NCBI GenBank assembly: GCA_016280325.1
Contig: JAEEGM010000137.1
Coordinates: 1-57,438 of the forward strand
Reading direction: 5' to 3'
Origin: Eubacterium sp.
GTDB taxonomy: Bacteria > Bacillota > Clostridia > Lachnospirales > Lachnospiraceae
DNA length: 57,438 nucleotides
The position numbers were made by a program, and so were the translations under genes. This document shows, piece after piece, positions 38,238 to 46,721 of this stretch; the stretch's first letter is position 1, and every line of letters starts with the position of its first letter. The notes under the pieces are model-generated. The model did not search any database. It had not been told where the DNA came from and was given only the letters and a program-made list of their open reading frames with translations.

Positions 38238-39119
38238 TTACTTAACTTGCTTAAATACCGTGTAACAACCAAACGAAACCATAATGGTAAATAATACGCC
38301 GGCGGCTAACATGATCAGTGCGTAGTCCGCCGCCAAACCTGCCTGGAGGATGGCGAGGGGGAAGATGAGGAGAGCCTGGAGGAAGACGGTCAGGGGGATG
38401 AGACCTTCCGTGCGTTTTTCATACCAGGCAAGATCCTGTTTTTCTTTGGTCTTGATATGGGACAGTTTTTGTTTGGACAGGATGTCTTTCGTCTTGTGCA
38501 TCGCCATGTAGATCAGGACGCCTAAGGCTATCTGAAGAATCATGATCAGCAGATGAAAAACACCTTCCGACACGATCTCCCCGATCGGACGCTCTGCAAG
38601 CGCGGTCACTGCCTTCTGCTGCGCTTCGCGGTTCGCAGGATCCGTAATCGCGTTCAGGTATTTTTCCAGACCGTCATTATTGATCGTCAATGCCACTGAA
38701 AGATACGTCATCGAGGACACGCCGCCGTAGGCGATCGCATACAGACCGCCCTTTCCGATCAGCATTAAAAATGCGTTCTCACGGCCGGCTCTTCCCTCCA
38801 TTCCGTAGCGGAACAGAATCCAGGTTGAGAGCGTCATCAGAATCGCGCTGACGATTGCCACGTATAACGCGGTATAGACCGGGTGAATCGAGGGATTGAC
38901 ATATTCGCCGAGTCCCAGCATCACCACAAAAAACATGTCAATGAGATACTTTCCCCCGACCACCAGAAGAGCCCCCAGGCACCCGACGAAAAACGAGGCA
39001 AGCTTCGGCTTTTTGCTCATGTAGTAACGAACGAAAAGAAGGATTGGAACCAGAACACACAGCGAAAGCATCACAATAAATGTCGTGATATACTCGCTGG
39101 AAAACACTATATTTGTCAT
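38238..39119 (-). CDS. Multi-TM protein, YhfC intramembrane protease-like (catalytic motifs degenerate)
   Basis: About 8 TMs; FFVG, Y.AIVSAI...W and IGKGG layout recalled from YhfC; no EExxR motif. Confidence 0.6.
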   Translation of the reverse strand: MTNIVFSSEYITTFIVMLSLCVLVPILLFVRYYMSKKPKLASFFVGCLGALLVVGGKYLIDMFFVVMLGLGEYVNPSIHPVYTALYVAIVSAILMTLSTWILFRYGMEGRAGRENAFLMLIGKGGLYAIAYGGVSSMTYLSVALTINNDGLEKYLNAITDPANREAQQKAVTALAERPIGEIVSEGVFHLLIMILQIALGVLIYMAMHKTKDILSKQKLSHIKTKEKQDLAWYEKRTEGLIPLTVFLQALLIFPLAILQAGLAADYALIMLAAGVLFTIMVSFGCYTVFKQVK

Positions 39120-39127
39120 ACTATCCA

Positions 39128-39278
39128 CCATTCCGGAGCGTAGCGACGGAGTGGCGACGAGAACATCATAGGAACTGTTTACAGTTCCTTGTTCTCAGTC
39201 TGCCATCAGTGGCTATTTGTGACGCTCCGGCACAAATAGCCGTGTGAAAAATCAGCATATCCGTGTGATTTTTCACAC
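39128..39278. repeat. Mosaic of four hairpins ending in element E5b
   Basis: CCATTCCG-ga-GC-gta-GC-ga-CGGAGTGG; GAGAACA..AGGAACTG/CAGTTCCT-TGTTCTC; GGCTATTTGTG/CACAAATAGCC; GTGTGAAAAATCA/TGATTTTTCACAC. Confidence 0.8.
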
Positions 39279-39360
39279 TATACTCCTGTTTTTATGTCTC
39301 TATAACGACAACACGAGGCGTCCTTGACAGGGCGCCCCATGCACATTTTTCATTCAACCA

Positions 39361-40041
39361 TCAGAAGCTGTACTTCCACTTTACTTCACCGAACCGGTTC
39401 AGATATTCCTGAAGACGCCCTGTACGGATCGCCTCCATCAGACGTCCGAATTCGCCGGAAACAACAAACCAGACCAGATAGATCACCGCAAGTGATATAC
39501 CGACGATTCCGAGAATCAGACCGGCTGTTGTAAGACCGTTCGATCCGTTTTTCTTACGATCCGATATCGCTACACAGATGGCCGCGATGCCGCATCCCAC
39601 ACCGAGAATAATCGTGCAACAGCACACGACGGAAACGATTCCGAGAATCAGCGATACGATCGCACCGGCCGATGTCGGATTAACCTGATTTCCCTGCGCT
39701 ACGTAAGCTGCCTGCGGTCCCGGCGTCCCATACGGCATACCCGGTCCGGGCTGTCCTTGCGTGCCCGCCGCAGCCTGCCGGGCCTGCTGCTGTGTCGATC
39801 CTTCCGCAGCCTGCTGCGCCTGTGACTGTGTCGCGTCTCCCACGATCTGCCGGGCCTGTGCCGTCGTGTCGGCCGACGTCTCCTGCTCCGCAGCCTCCTG
39901 AACCGGCGTTTCCACGATCGGAGTTTCATTCTGTACCGATTCCGGTTGGATGGTTTCCTCTACCGGAACTATCGGAAGACCACAGTTTCTGCAAAACTTG
40001 GCCTTATCTTCATTTTGCGTTCCACATTCCCTACAAAACAT
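39361..40041 (-). CDS. Zinc-ribbon plus DUF4190-like membrane protein
   Basis: MFCRECG...FCRNCG, Q/A-rich linker, AIVSLILGI and AGLILGIVG. Confidence 0.85.
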   Translation of the reverse strand: MFCRECGTQNEDKAKFCRNCGLPIVPVEETIQPESVQNETPIVETPVQEAAEQETSADTTAQARQIVGDATQSQAQQAAEGSTQQQARQAAAGTQGQPGPGMPYGTPGPQAAYVAQGNQVNPTSAGAIVSLILGIVSVVCCCTIILGVGCGIAAICVAISDRKKNGSNGLTTAGLILGIVGISLAVIYLVWFVVSGEFGRLMEAIRTGRLQEYLNRFGEVKWKYSF

Positions 40042-40089
40042 GTCTTTCTCCTTTCATCCGAGGTGCATATCGCACGCCCATGATTAACT

Positions 40090-40154
40090 ATTCTATCGGT
40101 TTTGTCGGGTATTGTCAAGAATGTCTTTACATTTCCCGATCCATGATGTATAAT
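40090..40154. promoter_or_regulatory. Back-to-back divergent sigma-A promoters
   Basis: Minus strand TTGACA-17-TAGAAT (40118-40090); plus strand TTTACA-17-TATAAT (40126-40154). Confidence 0.65.
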
Positions 40155-40221
40155 GAACGACGTTGTGAGTGCGACGGCCGATCCGTCGGACGAAATCATA
40201 TTGAAAAAGGAGAGAGAAAAA

Positions 40222-40587
40222 ATGAGACAGATTCAACAGAGAAACATCGGATTATGCATCGTGTTATCCATCGTTACCATCGGCATCTATGGCCTTTACT
40301 GGCTGTATTGCATCGTCGAGGATGTGAACACTCTTCTTGAGGCACCGAACGCCACTTCAGGCGGTATGGTCGTTCTGCTGTCGATCGTAACCTTCAGTAT
40401 CTATATGATGTACTGGATGTATATCACCGGTCAGGCACTGGATAACTACATCGTAACCAAGGAGAACGGACAGAACGGAAGCCGCAACGTCCTGTATCTG
40501 GTCCTTGCGATCGTAGGACTCGGCATCGTAGACTGGGCGCTCATCCAGAATGACCTCAACCAGCGTGCAACGGTTATGAACGCGTAA
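40222..40587 (+). CDS. DUF4234 domain membrane protein
   Basis: Repeated LSIVT.GIY..YW motif and IQNDLN. Start placed at ATG 40222 after AAGGAG. Confidence 0.88.
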   Translation: MRQIQQRNIGLCIVLSIVTIGIYGLYWLYCIVEDVNTLLEAPNATSGGMVVLLSIVTFSIYMMYWMYITGQALDNYIVTKENGQNGSRNVLYLVLAIVGLGIVDWALIQNDLNQRATVMNA

Positions 40588-40663
40588 CGCGAAAATGAGT
40601 GAGCTGCGAACGCACAACTGTGATGCGTAATGTCCCAATAAGCAGAATCACACCAAATCAGAA

Positions 40664-42160
40664 TTACATCAAACGCCAGCCGGAATGATATTTATTCTTT
40701 ACGGTCTGGCGTTGTTTTTTACCCCAGCCGAGCGGGTAACCGTCGACACAGATAAGAACATGGCCATCGGCGACAGCAGAACCCTTCTGCGACGCGCCCT
40801 CCTCCGCAACCATATCATCATCGGTCAGCACGATGGTTTCTCCCTTGAGATAGCGCAGGATACGATCATCCTCCGTCGGTAAGTTTATCGTGTTTTTATA
40901 GTCCTCCGAACGTAGCGCCATCGCCAATGCCTGGCTCGGTTCAAATCTCTTTTTTTTGCATTCTCCCAGAAACAGACCGTTTCGTAAAAACCGAAGTCCC
41001 TTTACCGGGGGAAGCCCCTCCACATCATAATAAAGCATCCCGTCATGAGACTCGATGCGGGACTCATCAAGAGGCAGCCGAAGTTCGGAAGCAAAGCTGT
41101 CCCATGACTCCCTATCCTCTCCTGACAGGCAATTCTTTTTCCCGGATGCCCCTGCATTTTTATTCTTTTTTTTTCGATTGTTATTCGATTTCTCATACGA
41201 CGGATCCGTCTCATCACCGGCGGAATTATTTGACGTTTCCATCGGCTTATCCGCCTTGTGAAACAACGCCAGGAAGTGTCCCTCTCCGTCCATTCTATGC
41301 GGAAAAATACGCACGCATTTTTTCAACTCTTCACAGCCATCCGGTACGACATCCGATCGTCCCGGTGCAAACCCCTCATATCCTTCCATATCAACCAGAG
41401 ATATCGACGGATCCATGGAAAGAATCTTCATGACCGTGCCCTCGTCCTCCATCGGCGAAAACGTGCAGGTGGAATATAAAAGGTATCCGCCCGAAGCCAG
41501 CATCGGCAGTGCGTGTCGCACGATATCTTCCTGCATCGCGGCATACTGCGCAGGCGAATCCTCATTCCAGGATTTGACCATCGACGGATCCTTGCGAAAC
41601 ATCCCCTCTCCCGAGCACGGCGCGTCAATCAAAATCTTATCAAAAAAAGCCGGAAAAAAAGTCGCCAGTTTTTCCGGGTACTCCGTCGTAATCAGTGAAT
41701 TTTTAACGCCAAATAATTCGATATTTTTCTGCAGAGCTTTCGCGCGCTTCGCACTGATATCATTCGCAACCAAAAAGCCCTCGCCTCCAAGTTTCGCAGC
41801 CAGTTCTGTCGACTTCCCCCCCGGCGCGGCGCACAGATCAAGCACGCGGTCTCCCGGCTCTACGGGAAGCCTTGAGGCAGGTGTCATCGCCGACGGGTCC
41901 TGAAGGTAATATAAACCGGCAAAGTAATAAGGATGCTTCGCCGGTTGATATGTCTCCCCATCATAAAAAAAACCATTGGGAATATAGGGTATTTTTTTAA
42001 CGGGGAACGGTGCTATTTTTTCGAATTCTTTCACGGATATTTTTGCCGTGTTGACACGCAGGCCATACAACCGCGGTGCGTCCATCGACCGCAGATAATC
42101 CGCGTACTCTTCACCCAGAAGAGCCTGCATTTTTAATTGATAACTTTCCGGTAATATCAT
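40664..42160 (-). CDS. rsmF: RsmF/NOL1/NOP2/Sun family rRNA m5C methyltransferase
   Basis: [33 protein letters not shown] and a PUA-like C-terminus. Confidence 0.9.
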   Translation of the reverse strand: MILPESYQLKMQALLGEEYADYLRSMDAPRLYGLRVNTAKISVKEFEKIAPFPVKKIPYIPNGFFYDGETYQPAKHPYYFAGLYYLQDPSAMTPASRLPVEPGDRVLDLCAAPGGKSTELAAKLGGEGFLVANDISAKRAKALQKNIELFGVKNSLITTEYPEKLATFFPAFFDKILIDAPCSGEGMFRKDPSMVKSWNEDSPAQYAAMQEDIVRHALPMLASGGYLLYSTCTFSPMEDEGTVMKILSMDPSISLVDMEGYEGFAPGRSDVVPDGCEELKKCVRIFPHRMDGEGHFLALFHKADKPMETSNNSAGDETDPSYEKSNNNRKKKNKNAGASGKKNCLSGEDRESWDSFASELRLPLDESRIESHDGMLYYDVEGLPPVKGLRFLRNGLFLGECKKKRFEPSQALAMALRSEDYKNTINLPTEDDRILRYLKGETIVLTDDDMVAEEGASQKGSAVADGHVLICVDGYPLGWGKKQRQTVKNKYHSGWRLM

Positions 42161-42948
42161 ATCAAAACCTTTGACAAGAACTCTTTCAATCTCGGGTCGT
42201 GCGGATCCTCGAAGAACTCCTTCGGCGGACGATCTTCCTTGATCACACCCTCATCGATAAAAATAACCCGATTTGCAACTTCTTTCGCAAACCCCATCTC
42301 ATGTGTTACAATGATCATCGTCATACCGTCATCGGCAAGTTCCTTCATCAGATCGAGTACCTCCCCGACCATCTCCGGATCAAGCGCCGAAGTCGGTTCA
42401 TCAAAAAGAATCACATCCGGGTTCATCGCAAGTGCTCGGACGATCGCAACACGCTGCTTCTGACCGCCGGAAAGCGTAGACGGATAAGCTCCCGCGTACT
42501 CCTGCAAACCGATACGCTCCAGAAGTGCAAGTGCCTTGGTGTTTTCCTCCGCCACGATCATTTTTTTACTCTTATTCTTTTTATCCGAAGGGTCGTCACT
42601 TTCCGACGCCAACCCCTCCTTTGTATGCGTGCGCACATAGATCGGAGCAAGTGAGATATTCTGCAAAACCGTCTTATTATTAAAGAGGTTAAAATGCTGG
42701 AAAACCATCCCCATATGGCGACGATGAATGTTGATATCCACGCTCATGTCCGCGATATCAACACCGTTAAAAATAATCTGTCCGCCGTCCGGATCTTCCA
42801 TACAGTTCAGGCATCGTAAAAATGTACTCTTACCCGAGCCGGACGGTCCGATAACAACGACAATGTCGCCCTTATCCACGTGAAGATTGATACCTTTCAA
42901 TACAGGAACGCCTTCGAATTCTTTCTTCAGATCAATTACGTCTATCAC
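42157..42948 (-). CDS. Polar amino acid ABC transporter ATP-binding protein
   Basis: [28 protein letters not shown] and VTHEMGFA. Confidence 0.96.
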   Translation of the reverse strand: MIDVIDLKKEFEGVPVLKGINLHVDKGDIVVVIGPSGSGKSTFLRCLNCMEDPDGGQIIFNGVDIADMSVDINIHRRHMGMVFQHFNLFNNKTVLQNISLAPIYVRTHTKEGLASESDDPSDKKNKSKKMIVAEENTKALALLERIGLQEYAGAYPSTLSGGQKQRVAIVRALAMNPDVILFDEPTSALDPEMVGEVLDLMKELADDGMTMIIVTHEMGFAKEVANRVIFIDEGVIKEDRPPKEFFEDPHDPRLKEFLSKVLI

Positions 42949-43642
42949 TTTTTCTCAGGCTCCTTTCCATCACTTTGATCCCGATACTGATCAGGATGAC
43001 AAGTACGATATAGATTACCGCCATCACCAGATAAGGAACCATGAATTCATAACTGTTGGTACCGATATAGTTGAACGCCGTGTAGAGATCCGTCGCTCCG
43101 ACAAAGCTGACCACGGAGGTGTCCTTGATCAGCATGATAAACTCGTTGCCAAGCGTCGGCAGGATGTTTTTCACAGCCTGTGGGATCACGATAATCCGCA
43201 TCGTCGTGGCAAAGCTGAGGCCCACTGCGCGACCGGCTTCCATCTGGCCGGGGTCGACGGACATGATTCCGCTTCGCATGATCTCCGATACGTAGGCACC
43301 GCTGTTGAGACCGAATACCAGTATGGACACCGCGACGGACGTCATCTTCAAGCCCATCAGCGGAAGCAATACATAGTAAAAGATCAAAAGCTGTACCACA
43401 ACCGGGGTACCGCGAAAGAGACCGACATAAAACGAACAAAAGCCGTTCAATATCCGCGGCAGCAGTTTATACTTCGGTACGACACGAACCGCCGCGATCA
43501 GCGTTCCGACCAGAATTCCGATCAGAAGGCCGCAGACGGCGATGATCAGGGTGTTTCGCAGGCCCTCGAGGACCTTGTCCGAGCCACCGTAGTTGACAAA
43601 AATGTCAACAAACTGATCCCATTTTTCTCCGAAATTACCCAT
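42932..43642 (-). CDS. Polar amino acid ABC transporter permease
   Basis: [10 protein letters not shown] and [12 protein letters not shown]...GQMEAG. Start placed at ATG 43642 after GGAGG. Confidence 0.95.
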   Translation of the reverse strand: MGNFGEKWDQFVDIFVNYGGSDKVLEGLRNTLIIAVCGLLIGILVGTLIAAVRVVPKYKLLPRILNGFCSFYVGLFRGTPVVVQLLIFYYVLLPLMGLKMTSVAVSILVFGLNSGAYVSEIMRSGIMSVDPGQMEAGRAVGLSFATTMRIIVIPQAVKNILPTLGNEFIMLIKDTSVVSFVGATDLYTAFNYIGTNSYEFMVPYLVMAVIYIVLVILISIGIKVMERSLRKSDRRN

Positions 43643-43654
43643 TATTCCTCCTTG

Positions 43655-43780
43655 GCGCGAGTCTAACGGGCAGCTCGGATGCTTCGCATCCTCGCTGTCC
43701 GTTAGGCTCACCTGCACTCAGTACCATGTCCATCCACATGCAAGCATGTGGTGAACATGGTACCAAGTGCAGACTCGCGC
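43655..43780. repeat. Branched palindromic element E6
   Basis: Terminal IR GCGCGAGTCT/AGACTCGCGC; arm CTAACGGGCAGC-tc-GGATGC-ttc-GCATCC-tc-GCTGTCCGTTAG; arm GTACCATGT..CACATGC-aa-GCATGTG..ACATGGTAC. Confidence 0.85.
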
Positions 43781-43781
43781 T

Positions 43782-44696
43782 TTATACTCCCATCTTATTC
43801 AATGCGTCCGTAATGCACTTGGCCGGGGCTGAGTCGATGATGACATAATCCAGGTTGCCGTTGATCAGATCCTGGCAGGCAAGAGAGCCGTTCTTATACC
43901 CAACGCAGGTCACAGGAAGTTTCTCAAATCCGGCCTCGTCGTCTCCCTCACAATACATCTTACCGGTTGTACCATTCTGCACACCGATCTTTACTCTGCT
44001 GTCCTTGCCGGCCAGCGCCGCGTGTACGGCATCGGCATCCTTCATCGAATCAAACTCCGTATTGTCTCCCTTGACGATCAGACGCTGGGAGGCATTGTAA
44101 TATGAATCCGTAAACGTTACATACTTCTTGCGGGACTCCTTGATCGTAAGTCCGGCCATCGCGATATCACACTTGTGCTGACCTACGGAAAGGCAGACAG
44201 CGTCGAAGTCCATGTTCGCGATCACAAGTTCCTTGCCAAGCTTCTCAGCGAACTTCTTGGCAATCTCCATATCGATTCCGAGGTATTTATCTCCCTTTGT
44301 GTACTCAAACGGCTCGAAACCGGCATTCGTCGCTACTACCAGCTGATCCTTGGACTCGTCCTCTGTTGCGCTCTCTACCGGTTCCGGCGTTCCGTCACCA
44401 AAGTAGTTGTTGCAGATGCGATCGAACTCACCGTTGGCCACGATCTCTTTGATGAAGTCGTTGGCCTGCTGGAGAAGCTCCGGCTGATCCTTGTCCACAC
44501 CGAAAGCGTACTGCTCGCTGGACAGGTCTACATCGATCACCTTCAGGGCCTGATTTCCGGTGGTTTCCTCCGTCTGCGCGCTTCCGCCGCCAGCCGGCTT
44601 AGTGTCGGTATTCGTGTTGTTCGAATCACTTCCGCAACCGGCCAACACCGTCATGCTCATCACGAGCGTAAGTATAAGTGCTACTGTCTTTTTCAT
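43782..44696 (-). CDS. Polar amino acid ABC transporter substrate-binding lipoprotein (circularly permuted)
   Basis: Lipobox LAGC; LVVATNAGFEPFEY, GIDMEIA, DIAMAGLT and GVQNGTTG. Start placed at ATG 44696. Confidence 0.93.
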   Translation of the reverse strand: MKKTVALILTLVMSMTVLAGCGSDSNNTNTDTKPAGGGSAQTEETTGNQALKVIDVDLSSEQYAFGVDKDQPELLQQANDFIKEIVANGEFDRICNNYFGDGTPEPVESATEDESKDQLVVATNAGFEPFEYTKGDKYLGIDMEIAKKFAEKLGKELVIANMDFDAVCLSVGQHKCDIAMAGLTIKESRKKYVTFTDSYYNASQRLIVKGDNTEFDSMKDADAVHAALAGKDSRVKIGVQNGTTGKMYCEGDDEAGFEKLPVTCVGYKNGSLACQDLINGNLDYVIIDSAPAKCITDALNKMGV

Positions 44697-44729
44697 TACT
44701 TTGTTCCTCCTTTTTTTCACATGTTTCTT

Positions 44730-44758
44730 ATTATACTCAAAACGGTTTCCAAATGCAA
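44730..44758 (-). promoter_or_regulatory. Sigma-A promoter of the amino acid ABC operon
   Basis: TTGCAT-17 nt-TATAAT. Confidence 0.7.
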
Positions 44759-44803
44759 GCATTTTTGTCATGCCTGATTCAGTCCGATTCAGCCCGGTTT
44801 ATC

Positions 44804-46708
44804 CTATTGGTTTAACCTCATGACGGCCTCGCCCCGTCTGACCTCGCCCTGCAGTTTTTCGATATCCGAATACACGCCCGTCCCGGACACCACAACAGGT
44901 GTCACGGTCTCATAGCCGGCATTTTTCACGCCCTCCAGATCAACCTCAACGATGAGATCTCCCTTTTTCACCTCGTCTCCCTGCTCGGCATGAAGTGTGA
45001 AGAACTGTCCGTCAAGCTTCACGGTATCGATTCCGATATGGACGAAAAGCTCAACTCCGTCCGGACCGGCAATTCCGTACGCGTGACCGGTCGGGAACAG
45101 CATCGCCAATTCGCCGTCACAGGGCGCATAGAACCTTCCATCCTCCGGAATAACGGCAACTCCCGGTCCTGTCACCTCTTCCGAAAACACCGGGTCATCC
45201 ACTTCCCGGATCGGGATGATCGTACCGTTTACGGGAGATCCGATCTCAAAAATATCCGCATTCTGCTCGCCCGCAGGCAGCGCCTTCTCTTCTCCGGACG
45301 CATCTGCTTCCATCTCAATACTATCCGCTTCCCCGGATTCATCGCCGTAGACCTCGGCAATACGTTTTTCATCAATACCAAAGAACCATGTCGCGACGAA
45401 ACCGCCGGCATAGGCACAAAGCATGGAAATGATAAACCATACTTCCTGACCGGGTTCAATGATAAGCGCTCCGAAAAATCCGGACACGCCCTGCGATACT
45501 GCTCCCAGATGGAATAGAGAAGCCACCGCACCTCCGACTCCGGCACCGATACACGACGTGACAAAGCTCCGACCGAGCGGCAGCGTAACACCGTACATCA
45601 GCGGTTCCGCCACACCGAGCATTCCGACCGGAATACCATCACGAATGATCTTTTTCAGTTTTTTATTCTTCGTCTTAAGATAGATGGCAAGCCCGGCACC
45701 CACCTGACCGCCTCCCGCCATCATCAGGATCGGAAGCAGGTGATTGATCCCGCCTGTGATTCCGGCCGGGTCACTGAGCATAACATGGATGGGCGTCAAC
45801 GCCTGATGGAGTCCCACGGATACCAATGGCAGGAATAAGGCCGCCAGTAAAAATCCTCCCGGTGCCCCGAGATGCGAATAGATAAAGTCCAACGCAATAT
45901 ACAATCCCTTGGAAAGAACGGCACTGAGCGGCTGAATAACCACCACCAAAGCAAAGACACCGATCACAACCACAAGCAACGGACTTATGAACGTGTCTAT
46001 GACACCCGGCATCCGCTTTCGTATCTTTTTTTCCAGAAACGCGAACAATGCACCCGCGATAACCGCTGCCACGATTCCGCCACTCGCAGGATTAAAAGGC
46101 TCATTCGTCATGGGCAGAACTATCGGCTCATCTCCGAAAAGCTGAAGCAGAGGCATGCCGGAATTGGCAACACAAACAGCCCCCGCGAGTCCTCCCAGGA
46201 TTGGTGTTCCGCCGAACTCCTTGGCTGCGTTGTATCCCACAAAAATAGGAAGATACGTGAACACCGCCCATCCGATCGTACGGATCGATTCGTACCACCA
46301 GAGTCCGCTCCAGGCGTCACCGTTGGCGACATTGATGGCATTGGTGATCCCGTTAATCATGCCGGCCGCTATGATACCGGCCAGGAGCGGAACAAAAATA
46401 TTAGCGATATGCTTTAAGAAAGCTTGAACCGGTTGTTTTTTCTCTTTTGTTTTTCCGCTGTCCGATTCCAGGAGTCCCCTGAACGACTGAAGAACTTTGT
46501 TTACCGTACCCGGCCCGAATACAACCTGCACGGTTTCCGCGTTGACGACACCCATGACACCTTCGACATTTTTGATCGCGTCGATGTCGACCTTTTCGAT
46601 GTCACGGACACTGACGCGGAGCCTTGTCATACACGCCTCGGCACGAATGATATTCTTCTCTCCGCCCATGTGCCCGATGAGCTCTCTGCTTATAGCAACC
46701 GTATCCAC
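44804..46708 (-). CDS. PTS transporter EIIBCA, sucrose/beta-glucoside/MurP (N-acetylmuramic acid)-like
   Basis: EIIB ACMTRLR; EIIC GLHQ, LLPILMMAGGGQVGA and EPLMYGVTLP; EIIA FPTGHA and HIGIDTV. The substrate is inference. Confidence 0.88.
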   Translation of the reverse strand: MDTVAISRELIGHMGGEKNIIRAEACMTRLRVSVRDIEKVDIDAIKNVEGVMGVVNAETVQVVFGPGTVNKVLQSFRGLLESDSGKTKEKKQPVQAFLKHIANIFVPLLAGIIAAGMINGITNAINVANGDAWSGLWWYESIRTIGWAVFTYLPIFVGYNAAKEFGGTPILGGLAGAVCVANSGMPLLQLFGDEPIVLPMTNEPFNPASGGIVAAVIAGALFAFLEKKIRKRMPGVIDTFISPLLVVVIGVFALVVVIQPLSAVLSKGLYIALDFIYSHLGAPGGFLLAALFLPLVSVGLHQALTPIHVMLSDPAGITGGINHLLPILMMAGGGQVGAGLAIYLKTKNKKLKKIIRDGIPVGMLGVAEPLMYGVTLPLGRSFVTSCIGAGVGGAVASLFHLGAVSQGVSGFFGALIIEPGQEVWFIISMLCAYAGGFVATWFFGIDEKRIAEVYGDESGEADSIEMEADASGEEKALPAGEQNADIFEIGSPVNGTIIPIREVDDPVFSEEVTGPGVAVIPEDGRFYAPCDGELAMLFPTGHAYGIAGPDGVELFVHIGIDTVKLDGQFFTLHAEQGDEVKKGDLIVEVDLEGVKNAGYETVTPVVVSGTGVYSDIEKLQGEVRRGEAVMRLNQ

Positions 46709-46721
46709 CGTGGTACCTCCC

